Of a stretch of DNA of 64,000 nucleotides, positions 1-8,824 are shown in pieces (within the stretch, counting starts at the first letter, position 1; every line of letters starts with the position of its first letter). Below the pieces are notes generated by a model. The model had not been told where the DNA came from. It made no database searches and saw only the letters and a program-made list of their open reading frames with translations. The translations under genes and the position numbers were made by a program. The stretch comes from an uncultured Gemmatimonadales bacterium (GTDB lineage: Bacteria; Gemmatimonadota; Gemmatimonadetes; Gemmatimonadales; GWC2-71-9). The stretch spans positions 768,001-832,000 of the forward strand of contig CAVSLV010000001.1 in NCBI GenBank assembly GCA_963728915.1. The letters are read 5' to 3'.

Positions 1-363
1 GCACCCGGCGAGAGTGAACGGTCCACACTCGGCCCGCCCTCCGCTCCTCACTGCGTTGAACCCGACCTCGGTCCGTTGCTTCGGCCCGTGGAGCGCTCGT
101 CCCAGCGCGCTCCACGTTCCGGGCGACGCAAGCACCGGAACGCCACAGTGTTTCGCCAGCCGCAACGCGCCCCGCGCATGGTCCTGGTGCTCGTGGGTCA
201 GGGCGATCCCGCAGAGACCGGCCAGATCGATACCGGCCGCCTCGGCACGCTGGTGGAGTTCCTTGCTGCTGAATCCCGCATCGACCAGCAGCAGCCGTCC
301 TTCCGCACCGATCGCGACCGCGTTGCCCCGGGATCCGGATCCCAGCACCGTGATGGTCGTCAT
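1..363 (-). CDS. MBL-fold metallo-hydrolase (YycJ/WalJ-like), 3' end outside window
   Basis: Not in the ORF track. Manual translation from ATG 363: MTTITVLGSGSRGNAVAI...LLLVDAGFS...IALTHEHQDH (HxHxDH motif). ATGA overlap with the upstream stop. Confidence 0.85.
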   Translation of the reverse strand, partial: MTTITVLGSGSRGNAVAIGAEGRLLLVDAGFSSKELHQRAEAAGIDLAGLCGIALTHEHQDHARGALRLAKHCGVPVLASPGTWSALGRALHGPKQRTEVGFNAVRSGGRAECGPFTLAGC

Positions 364-1523
364 CGGGCCAGTCGCCGGTGCAGGGCGCGAAGCGAGGTCT
401 CGATCGCCGGAGTCACCTTCACTTGGCGACGCGGCATCACCCGCCGGGCGACCCGAAGGAACCCTTCGACATCCTGCCGCTCATGGCCGCCCTCTCCCCA
501 GGCAAAGGGAGCCGTGAATCGTGCCGGTTGTCTCGCCAGGACCTGGGCTCCGGTGCCGATGATGGTTCCGGTCGAGAGCATGGTGCCGATCCCGACCTTG
601 GCATGATCGCCGAAGAGGGTTCCAAGGTTCATCCGCCCGGTCTCGAGCCGGGCCCCCGGAAGATCGAGACGTACCTCGCCATAGGTGTTCTTGAGGTTCG
701 AGGTAATCGTTCCCGCGCCCAGGTTCACCCATTGCCCGATGATGCTGTGGCCGACGAACCCGTCATGACTCTTGTTGGCGAATCCCAGAAAAACCGAGCT
801 GCCGACTTCACCATGAATGCGGCACTGCGGGCCGATGGAGGAGTGACGGATGGTGCCCCCGAGCAGGACGGTGCCGGAACCTGCAAAGAGGGGTCCCTCG
901 AGCCGGGTGCCGGAAAGCACCCGAACCCCCTCTTCCAGAACCACGGCGCCTTGTCGGACATCGAAGACCACACCGGGCTCGACCTCCGCACCGAAGCAGG
1001 CGACCCTCGCCGGGTCGCCGAGCACCAGCGCACCCGAGGGCACAGGGTCGGGGCTGGTAGCTCCAATCGCCGCGCAGTCAACAGGCAGCAGGGCTTCGAG
1101 CGCGGTGATCAGGTCCCAGGCGCCCCGGAGAATCAGCCCCTCGATCTCCTGACCCGGACCCGCCTCATCCTCCCCTGACCAGGCTTCCCCCGCCGGCACG
1201 ATCCACCCAACCGTTCTCCCATCATGGACGTATCGTCGCGCGGCAGGATTGGCTACCGGAACCCTGCCCGGCGCGAAATCCGAGCGGGCCACCACGGCGG
1301 GACCGGTGATCGTGCCTGGGAGAACGGTCGGCGCACTATCGGCGTCGGCAAAGCCCGCCGCCTCGTTTCCCATGACTGCGACGTCTGGAATCCCGAGCAA
1401 CCCGGACCATCGATCCCGGATCCGCCAGGCGCCCGCCCGAAGCTCCGCAATCGGCCGCGCCCCACGAAACGGCTCCCAGGCCGGGCCGGGATCGGTCGGC
1501 TCGAGGCAGACGAGGCGGGTCAA
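360..1523 (-). CDS. GlmU-like putative sugar nucleotidyltransferase/acyltransferase with left-handed beta-helix
   Basis: WEPF..RPIAELRAGA N-terminus; NKSHDGFVGHSIIGQWVNLGAGTITSNLKN hexapeptide region. Start set at TTG 1523, overlapping the upstream TGA. Confidence 0.8.
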   Translation of the reverse strand: MTRLVCLEPTDPGPAWEPFRGARPIAELRAGAWRIRDRWSGLLGIPDVAVMGNEAAGFADADSAPTVLPGTITGPAVVARSDFAPGRVPVANPAARRYVHDGRTVGWIVPAGEAWSGEDEAGPGQEIEGLILRGAWDLITALEALLPVDCAAIGATSPDPVPSGALVLGDPARVACFGAEVEPGVVFDVRQGAVVLEEGVRVLSGTRLEGPLFAGSGTVLLGGTIRHSSIGPQCRIHGEVGSSVFLGFANKSHDGFVGHSIIGQWVNLGAGTITSNLKNTYGEVRLDLPGARLETGRMNLGTLFGDHAKVGIGTMLSTGTIIGTGAQVLARQPARFTAPFAWGEGGHERQDVEGFLRVARRVMPRRQVKVTPAIETSLRALHRRLAR

Positions 1524-2548
1524 TCCAGCTCCCGGATCTCGGGGGGGAGTTGCTCCAGCATCCGCTTCAGCTCGGGGGCCTCGGCCCGGGGAACCACCAG
1601 CACCCGGTTGTTGGCGCACACGATGACCAGATCGCGCACTCCATTGACCACGATCGGGGTTCCCTCGCTCCATACGATGCAGTCACTCACATTGATCAGC
1701 TCCACCGGGCCGTGGGCCATGTTGCCCTGACGATCGAGGGGACGCACCCGGGTGAGCGCTTCCCAGGTGCCCACGTCGTCCCAGTCGAAGTTGCCCGGCA
1801 CGACCGCGATCCGCTCGGTGCGTTCCAAGACCCCGACGTCGATGGAGATACTGGTGACCGCCTGGAAGAAACCGGGGACGTCGCCCTGGTCCAGCCGCTC
1901 GAGGTGAGGGGCGATCTCCGGTGTCGCTGTTCGGACCTCGGCCAGGAGGCGCTCGGCCGTCCACGCGAAGAGGCCGCTGTTCCAGAGCGCCCCCTCGGAC
2001 ATGAGATCGAGAGCCGTCGTTGCGTCCGGCTTCTCGACGAATCGCTTGACCGTGCGAACCCCCGGTTCGAGGGGATCGCCGGGAATGATGTATCCGTATC
2101 CGGTCTCCGGTCGGGAGGGGACGATGCCCACCGTGATCAAACGGTCGTGGCGGCGCGCAAACTCGAGAGCGGAGGCGGCAGTGCGAACGAAGGCCGCGGG
2201 GTCGCCAACGGCCCAGTCCGCGTGCATGGCCAGAATACCGGCATCGGGGTCCCGCTTCCGGATCTCGTGCGTGGCCCAGACCAGGGCCGGCCCGGTCGAA
2301 GCCTGTCGCGGCTCGACCAGGAATTGGGATTCGGGAAGCTGGAGGGCTTTCGAGAGCGGACCGGCCAGCTCTGCGCTGGTCACGATGATGATCCGGGAAC
2401 GGGGGATGAACCCGGCCAGGCGATCGAGCGTTTCCTCCGCCGTCGCCCGGGGCCCGGTGAGCGGAAGCAGATGCTTGGGACGGGAGGGAGAAGAGAGCGG
2501 CCAGAACCGGGTTCCGGATCCGCCCGCGATAATGGCGGCCCAATCCAT
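1520..2548 (-). CDS. Mannose-1-phosphate guanylyltransferase (GMP domain only)
   Basis: IIAGGSGTRFWPLS..PKHLL, PETGYGYI, FVEKP, WNSGLF and WDDVGTW motifs. Confidence 0.9.
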   Translation of the reverse strand: MDWAAIIAGGSGTRFWPLSSPSRPKHLLPLTGPRATAEETLDRLAGFIPRSRIIIVTSAELAGPLSKALQLPESQFLVEPRQASTGPALVWATHEIRKRDPDAGILAMHADWAVGDPAAFVRTAASALEFARRHDRLITVGIVPSRPETGYGYIIPGDPLEPGVRTVKRFVEKPDATTALDLMSEGALWNSGLFAWTAERLLAEVRTATPEIAPHLERLDQGDVPGFFQAVTSISIDVGVLERTERIAVVPGNFDWDDVGTWEALTRVRPLDRQGNMAHGPVELINVSDCIVWSEGTPIVVNGVRDLVIVCANNRVLVVPRAEAPELKRMLEQLPPEIRELD

Positions 2549-2549
2549 T

Positions 2550-2903
2550 TCAGACCAGACCTGTGAGAGAGTCGCGCTGGGTGCGAAGCTGGTAGAGCAA
2601 TCCCCCGAGGTCGCGATCCGGCTTGGCGAGCACGATCAGCGTGGCGGCAGGACTGAGTGGGGTGAGAATCGCCGGGCCCTCTCCGAAGTCCAGGACGGCC
2701 GTGCGCAGCTCGCCGGACCCGCTCGACGCACCGAACTGTTCGGCATGCCGCATCGTGGTAACCGCCAGGGCGGCGATCGCTTCCTCGTCGTCGTCGGGAC
2801 GGAGCGCATTGTGAATGATGAGCCCGTCGGCGCCGACGATCGCTCCACCTCGCACCGATTCGGCGGCATCGAGACGCTGGAGAACCTCTCGCAGGCCTGC
2901 CAT
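2550..2903 (-). CDS. Roadblock/LC7 (MglB-like) domain protein
   Basis: 117 aa; VRGGAIVGADGLII...EAIAALA...GGLLYQLR pattern. Confidence 0.75.
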   Translation of the reverse strand: MAGLREVLQRLDAAESVRGGAIVGADGLIIHNALRPDDDEEAIAALAVTTMRHAEQFGASSGSGELRTAVLDFGEGPAILTPLSPAATLIVLAKPDRDLGGLLYQLRTQRDSLTGLV

Positions 2904-2982
2904 CGAGACCCTCGGTCTGAGTGGGAGGAAACGTCGCCAACCTAAGAGGGCGCGGCGCCCGAAGTCAAGAAAAGACTATGGG

Positions 2983-3011
2983 TTGACCCCTCTCAATCCC
3001 GTCCTTAACCT
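2983..3011 (+). promoter_or_regulatory. Sigma70-type promoter for the lipoprotein-serS-pcrA-gatCAB operon
   Basis: TTGACC-17 nt-TAACCT. A divergent TTGACT-18 nt-TAGGTT lies on the minus strand at 2968-2939. Confidence 0.6.
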
Positions 3012-3023
3012 TCGGTGCCTGCC

Positions 3024-3608
3024 ATGCTGCCCAATCGTCTCAGACTGACCGGCCCGTTGCTGCTCGGGATCGCCGCTGCCGCTGGATTGCTCGGCGCTTG
3101 CTCGGGCGACATCAGCCTGGGCCCTGCCGCGTACGAAAACCAGGTCGACACTCTCCAGATCTGGGCCGCGACCGGGACTCCGGTCTATCTCCCCAGCGCC
3201 TATCTGATCGGGAGTCGGAGCACGGCGCGGCTGGACCAGCTTTCCTATTTCGATTTCATCTTCGATATCACGCCCGACGGTGAGCACGTGCTGCTGCCGA
3301 TGGGGGCCGTTGCCAATACCGGCCGCGTGTCCGGCAATCCCGGGCTTCTCCCCACCACAGTCCCTTTCGATTCGATCCGGGTCGCGGAACAGACCGGCTA
3401 CCTGACGACCGACACCGTCCGGGTCAGGGTGGGCGACATCTTCTACGCGCGTTCCCAGATTTCTTCGGCGTGCTTCCTCGGCATCCCGTACTATGCCAAG
3501 CTCCAGGTCCTGGGTGTGAACGACGACGATCGCAGTATCTGGATTCAGGTCCTCTCCAACATCAACTGCGGGTACCGCAGTCTCGTCGTGGGCCTGCCCA
3601 CGAAGTGA
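3024..3608 (+). CDS. Hypothetical lipoprotein
   Basis: Signal peptide with lipobox LLGAC; stop overlaps the serS start (GTGA). Confidence 0.7.
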   Translation: MLPNRLRLTGPLLLGIAAAAGLLGACSGDISLGPAAYENQVDTLQIWAATGTPVYLPSAYLIGSRSTARLDQLSYFDFIFDITPDGEHVLLPMGAVANTGRVSGNPGLLPTTVPFDSIRVAEQTGYLTTDTVRVRVGDIFYARSQISSACFLGIPYYAKLQVLGVNDDDRSIWIQVLSNINCGYRSLVVGLPTK

Positions 3609-4885
3609 TCGACCTCCGAGTGCTCCGGCAGGATCCCGACGCGAGCCGCGCGGCCCTGCTGCGGCGCGGCGATCCCTCGCTGGGAACGGCCCTGAATAAC
3701 GTTCTCGAGCTCGATCGGCGCTGGCGCACTCTGGTCGCCGGGACCGAACAGCTCAAGGCGGAGCGCAACGCCCAGAGCGAGGAAGTGGCCCGTCGCAAGC
3801 GGGAGCGGCAACCCGCCGACGATCTGCTCGCCTCGCTCAAGACCTCCGGAGAGCGGGTCAAAGCTCTCGACGGAGAGGCCAAATCGGCCGAGGAGCAGCT
3901 CAACCAGGCCCTGCTGCGGATTCCCAACCTCCCCCATCGCGATTCTCCGGAGGGAGGGCCCGAGGCCAACCGCCTCATCCGCAGCTGGGGTGACCCCCCC
4001 AAGCAGGATTTCGCCCCGAAGCCGCACTGGGAAATCGGCGAAACCCTGGGCCTCATCGACCTCGCCCGGGGCGCCAAGATTTCCGGCTCGGGATTTCCGG
4101 TTTTCACCGGCGCGGGCGCCCGCCTGGTTCGCGCCCTCGCCGGGCTCATGCTCGATATCCACACCAGCGAGCACGGCTACCGCGAAGTGCGGCCCCCCTA
4201 TCTCGTCCATCGGGCCACCATGACGGGGACCGGACAGCTTCCCAAGTTCGAGGACGATCTCTACGCGGTGACCGGGGACGATCTGTTTCTTATCCCGACG
4301 GCGGAAGTTCCCCTGACCAATCTGTACCGGGAGGAGATCCTGGACGGCGCCGGCCTCCCGTTGACCCTGGTGGGATTTACCCCCTGCTTCCGCCGTGAAG
4401 CGGGAGCCGCGGGGAAGGATACCAGAGGCCTCCTTCGGGTCCATCAGTTCGACAAGGTCGAGTTGGTCCGGCTCAGCCGGCCCGAAACGAGCGACGCGGA
4501 GCTCGAAGTGCTGACCGGACACGCCGAGACCATTTTCCGGAGGCTGGAGCTGCCGTATCGGGTCGTCGATCTCGCGACCGGTGATCTCGGCTTCAGCGCC
4601 TCACGCACCTATGATATCGAAGTCTGGGCGGCTGGCGTCCAGGCCTGGCTCGAGTGCTCCAGCTCGAGCACCTTCGGAGACTTCCAGGCGCGCCGGGCTT
4701 CGATTCGTTTCCGCCCGGCCCCCGGGGAAAAGCCGGAGTTCGTCCACACCCTGAATGCGTCGGGGGTCGCGTTTCCCCGAACCATCGCCGCCTTGCTGGA
4801 AAACCACCAGCAGGCAGACGGCTCGGTGCGTTTGCCCCAGGCACTGGTGCCGTACATGGGGACCGATCGCCTCAGTCCTTCCTGA
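3605..4885 (+). CDS. serS: Serine--tRNA ligase
   Basis: MIDLRVLR start; GTGQLPKF, LIPTAEVPL, FRREAG, RVHQFDKVE and HTLNASG motifs. Confidence 0.97.
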   Translation: MIDLRVLRQDPDASRAALLRRGDPSLGTALNNVLELDRRWRTLVAGTEQLKAERNAQSEEVARRKRERQPADDLLASLKTSGERVKALDGEAKSAEEQLNQALLRIPNLPHRDSPEGGPEANRLIRSWGDPPKQDFAPKPHWEIGETLGLIDLARGAKISGSGFPVFTGAGARLVRALAGLMLDIHTSEHGYREVRPPYLVHRATMTGTGQLPKFEDDLYAVTGDDLFLIPTAEVPLTNLYREEILDGAGLPLTLVGFTPCFRREAGAAGKDTRGLLRVHQFDKVELVRLSRPETSDAELEVLTGHAETIFRRLELPYRVVDLATGDLGFSASRTYDIEVWAAGVQAWLECSSSSTFGDFQARRASIRFRPAPGEKPEFVHTLNASGVAFPRTIAALLENHQQADGSVRLPQALVPYMGTDRLSPS

Positions 4886-7146
4886 TGACCGCCGGACCCG
4901 TCGGACGAGACTGGATCCGGACCTTGAATCCGGAGCAGCGGGAGGCCGTGGCGCATGTGGACGGGCCCCTGCTCGTGCTGGCGGGCGCCGGCTCGGGCAA
5001 GACCCGGGTCCTCACCACGCGGATCGCGGTGTTGCTCCAGGAGCACGGCGTTCCGACCCATCGCATCTTCGCGGTGACCTTCACCAACAAAGCGGCAGCC
5101 GAGATGCGCCAGCGGGTTGGAACCCTGCTGGAGCGCGATCCCACCGGCCTCTGGATCGGCACCTTTCACGGGCTTTCGGCTCGGCTGCTTCGCCGCGAAG
5201 CGGAACCGCTTGGATTCTCCCGCGAGTTCACGATCTTTGACGAAGATGACCGCCTCGCGCTGATCAAGCGCCTCCTCGAAGAACGGAATATCCCGACCAA
5301 GCTCTTCCCGGCCCGGGCGGTGCAGACCGTCATTTCCGCCGCCAAGAACCGGATGTGGACCGCGGAAGAGCTGGGAGCCCAGGCGGGGTACGATCGTCTC
5401 GCCGAAATCGCGGCGCAGCTGATGGGGCCTCTGGCCATCGAGCTCAAGCGCCAGAACGCGATGGACTTCGACGACCTGATGCTGCATCCCCTCACGCTCT
5501 TTCGCGAGCACCCCGACCGCCTGGCCTTCTGGCGCGATCGCTTCGCGTACCTCCTGGTCGATGAGTTCCAGGATACCAACCGGGCCCAGTATGAGCTGCT
5601 CCGGTTTCTGGGGGGTCAGGGCAACGTGTTCGCCGTGGGCGACGATGATCAGTCCATCTATGGCTGGCGCGGTGCCGAAGTCCGGAACATGCGGGACTTC
5701 ACCCGGGACTTTCCCGCCGCGCGCACCGTGCGCCTCGAGGAGAATTATCGCTCGACCCAGCTCATCCTCGACGCCGCCAACGCCGCCATCGCCCGGAATG
5801 TCGGCCGGCTCGGCAAGACCCTCCGCACCCGGCGGGAAGGCGGCGAGTCGATCACCGTCGTGGCCGCCGCCGACGAGCGTGATGAAGCGGAATGGATCGC
5901 CGGTGAGCTGGCCCGGCGAAGCGCGGCGGGCGAATGGCCCCTCGAGGAGATGGCGATCCTCTACCGAACCAACGCCCAGTCCCGCGCGCTGGAAGAAGCC
6001 CTCCGTCGGGCCGGGGTTTCCTATCGGGTCATCGGGGCGATCAGCTTCTACGAGCGCCGCGAGGTCAAGGATCTGCTCGCCTACCTCCGCCTGATCGCCA
6101 ACCCCGCCGACGATGAGGCCTTTCTGCGGTCAGTCGTCGTGCCCAAGCGCGGCATCGGCGAGGCCAGTCTCACCGCCTTCCGGGTCGCGGCCCGTGGCTG
6201 GAACAAGTCGTTGCTCGAGGCGGCCAGGGTCGCGGACCGGATTACCGGGCTGCGCCCCAATGTGCGCGACGGATTTCAGCGATTCGCCACCCTGATCGAT
6301 GCGTTACGCGAGCAGAGCCTGACCGCCGCGCCGGTGCGCCTGCTGGAGCATCTCATCCAGGCGATAGATTACGAATCGCTGCTCCTGGCGGAGGGTCCCG
6401 AAGGGGCGGACCGCTGGGAGAACGTCCGCGAGCTCGTCGCCGCGGCGGCGGAATGGTCCGAGGTGGTTCCCGAAGAGGAGTCCGGAACCCCGCTCGAGCG
6501 TTTCCTGGCCGAGGCCGCGCTGGTCACCGCGGCGGACTCGGCCCAGGGCGACAGCGGAGTCACCCTGATGACCCTGCACACCGCCAAGGGCCTCGAGTGG
6601 CCCGTGGTGGTGATCTCGGGGCTCGAGGAAGGGCTCTTCCCATTGAGCCGGTCGCTCGAGACCCAGGATGGTCTGGAAGAGGAACGCCGCCTCTTCTACG
6701 TCGGGCTGACCCGGGCCCGTGACAAGCTGTACCTCACCTGGGCCCGGGCACGCCGTCGCGGAGGAGAACTTCGCCGCGGGATGGTGTCGCGCTTCATGGA
6801 GTCGGTGCCCCCGACCCTGCTGGACGAGAAAAGCACCGCGTCCCTCTGGTCGCCACAACGGACCTCGGGAGGGTGGCTCGCTCCTTGGGAGATCACGACC
6901 GTCCCGCGCGCCACGCCGACCCGGCTTTACGCCATCGACGAGGATCTGGCCAATCAGGATGCGCCCCGCCTGATCAAGGGAGAGCGGGTGCGGCACCGGC
7001 GCTTCGGAAGCGGGACCGTACAGGGATTGGTCGGAGCGGGGAAGGACCTCAAGGTGAGCGTGTTGTTCGACGATGCCGAGGTGGGACTCAAACAGCTCCT
7101 GGTCGGGGTGGCCGGTCTGGAGCGTGACTGGGGAGAGCCGGCGTGA
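4885..7146 (+). CDS. pcrA: UvrD/PcrA ATP-dependent DNA helicase
   Basis: LAGAGSGKT, TFTNKAA, VDEFQDTN, VGDDDQSIY, LEENYRS, TLHTAKGLE, EERRLFYVGLTRA; C-terminal RVRHRRFG Tudor-like domain. Confidence 0.95.
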   Translation: MTAGPVGRDWIRTLNPEQREAVAHVDGPLLVLAGAGSGKTRVLTTRIAVLLQEHGVPTHRIFAVTFTNKAAAEMRQRVGTLLERDPTGLWIGTFHGLSARLLRREAEPLGFSREFTIFDEDDRLALIKRLLEERNIPTKLFPARAVQTVISAAKNRMWTAEELGAQAGYDRLAEIAAQLMGPLAIELKRQNAMDFDDLMLHPLTLFREHPDRLAFWRDRFAYLLVDEFQDTNRAQYELLRFLGGQGNVFAVGDDDQSIYGWRGAEVRNMRDFTRDFPAARTVRLEENYRSTQLILDAANAAIARNVGRLGKTLRTRREGGESITVVAAADERDEAEWIAGELARRSAAGEWPLEEMAILYRTNAQSRALEEALRRAGVSYRVIGAISFYERREVKDLLAYLRLIANPADDEAFLRSVVVPKRGIGEASLTAFRVAARGWNKSLLEAARVADRITGLRPNVRDGFQRFATLIDALREQSLTAAPVRLLEHLIQAIDYESLLLAEGPEGADRWENVRELVAAAAEWSEVVPEEESGTPLERFLAEAALVTAADSAQGDSGVTLMTLHTAKGLEWPVVVISGLEEGLFPLSRSLETQDGLEEERRLFYVGLTRARDKLYLTWARARRRGGELRRGMVSRFMESVPPTLLDEKSTASLWSPQRTSGGWLAPWEITTVPRATPTRLYAIDEDLANQDAPRLIKGERVRHRRFGSGTVQGLVGAGKDLKVSVLFDDAEVGLKQLLVGVAGLERDWGEPA

Positions 7147-7442
7147 GCGTAACCCGCAAGGACGTGGAGCACGTGGCCCGGCTCGCCGAGCTGGCGGTCG
7201 ATGCCGCCGAGCTCCCCGAGCTGACCGCCCAGCTCGATCGCATCGTTGGGATGGTTGCCCAGCTCGCCGGCCTTGAATCGGGCGCCGGCGAGCGGTTCGT
7301 CCCCGGGCCACCCGAAACCCCGTTGCGTGAGGATGAAGTCCGGCCGGCCCGGCTCGCCCGGTCGCCCGCCGAGCTCGCCCCCGAGTTCATCGAGGGGTTC
7401 TTCGTGGTGCCCCGGCTTGGCGCGATGGAGGAAGAGTCCTGA
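7143..7442 (+). CDS. gatC: Asp/Glu-tRNA amidotransferase subunit C
   Basis: DVEHVARLAEL...LREDE...FFVVPR; directly upstream of gatA. Confidence 0.9.
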   Translation: MSVTRKDVEHVARLAELAVDAAELPELTAQLDRIVGMVAQLAGLESGAGERFVPGPPETPLREDEVRPARLARSPAELAPEFIEGFFVVPRLGAMEEES

Positions 7443-8824
7443 ACCCGGTCGAGACCGCCCGGGCCATGGCCGGCCGGCTGGCCGAGGCCGATCGCGCCGG
7501 GCTCAACGCGACCCTCGCCTGGTCGGAAGCGGATCTTCTCACCGAAGCCAGCCGCGCCGCCGCGTTGCCCGGCGACCTTCCCCTCCGGGGTATCCCGGTC
7601 GCCGTGAAAGACAACATCGTTACCATCGAGCAGCCGACCACCTGCGGCTCCCGGATCCTCGAGGGATACCGCTCGCCCTACAACGCCACCGTCATTGACC
7701 GGCTTCGCCAGGCCGGGGCGATGATCGCCGCCAAGACCAACCTCGACGAGTTCGCGATGGGATCCTCCACCGAGCACTCGGCGTATGGACGGGTCAAGCA
7801 CCCGGTGGATCCTTCGCGGGTGCCCGGGGGATCGTCCGGAGGGTCTGCGGCACTGGTGGCGGCCGGCGTGGTGCCTGCGGCCCTGGGATCAGAGACCGGC
7901 GGGTCGGTTCGCCAGCCCGCCAGCTTCTGTGGCGTCGTCGGGATCAAGCCCACCTACGGACGGGTCAGTCGCTACGGTCTGGTGGCTTTCGGGTCCTCGC
8001 TGGACTGTGTCTCGTCCTTCGGTCGAACCGTCGGGGACGCCGGCCGGGTCCTCGCCGCGATCGCCGGTCTCGATCCCGCCGACGCCACCACGGTGAATCA
8101 CCCGCCCCTCGTTCCGGAACCGGTTCCCGATTCCCTGAAAGGGAAGAAGATCGGTGTCCCCAGGGAATACTTCCCGGCCGACCTGGATGCCGGGGTCCGG
8201 GCGGGATGCGATGCCGCCCTAACCCGCATGCGCGAGCTGGGCGCTACCATCGTGGAAGTCTCCCTGCCTCACACCGCCCTCGCCATTCCCACCTACTACA
8301 TCATCGCTCCCGCCGAGGCGGCGGCAAACCTGGCCCGGTACGACGGCGCCCGCTACGGCGTCCGTGCCAGGGTGGATGGCGATGTCCGCGCCCTCTACCG
8401 CGCGACCCGCGGCCAGGGATTCGGCCCCGAAGTGCGACGCCGGATTCTGGTGGGCACCTATGTCCTGAGCGCGGGGTATTACGACGCCTATTATGGCAAG
8501 GCGCAGCGGGCTCGCTCCCTGATCGCGGCCGATTTTGCCACCGCATTCGGATCCGGCATCGACTTCCTGTTCACCCCGACCACGCCGACCACCGCTTTCA
8601 AGGCGGGGGAAAAGACCGGGGACCCGGTCGCCATGTACCTCGCCGACATCTTCGTCTGCACCGCAAACCTTGCCGGGCTCCCGGCTCTGAGCCTCCCGAT
8701 CGGACGGAGCGAAGGGCTCCCGGTCGGTGGCCAGCTCATCGGAGCCGCCTTCACCGAGGCCGGGATGTTGGCGATCGCGGAGCTCCTGGAACGGAGCATC
8801 GACGCCGGGGCGGAGGTGCGATGA
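7439..8824 (+). CDS. gatA: Asp/Glu-tRNA amidotransferase subunit A (start CTG 7439 or ATG 7466)
   Basis: Amidase signature KDNI, KTNLDEFAMGSS, PGGSSGGSA, GSETGGSVRQPA; RRRILVGTYVLSAGYYDAYY. Confidence 0.95.
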   Translation: MNPVETARAMAGRLAEADRAGLNATLAWSEADLLTEASRAAALPGDLPLRGIPVAVKDNIVTIEQPTTCGSRILEGYRSPYNATVIDRLRQAGAMIAAKTNLDEFAMGSSTEHSAYGRVKHPVDPSRVPGGSSGGSAALVAAGVVPAALGSETGGSVRQPASFCGVVGIKPTYGRVSRYGLVAFGSSLDCVSSFGRTVGDAGRVLAAIAGLDPADATTVNHPPLVPEPVPDSLKGKKIGVPREYFPADLDAGVRAGCDAALTRMRELGATIVEVSLPHTALAIPTYYIIAPAEAAANLARYDGARYGVRARVDGDVRALYRATRGQGFGPEVRRRILVGTYVLSAGYYDAYYGKAQRARSLIAADFATAFGSGIDFLFTPTTPTTAFKAGEKTGDPVAMYLADIFVCTANLAGLPALSLPIGRSEGLPVGGQLIGAAFTEAGMLAIAELLERSIDAGAEVR

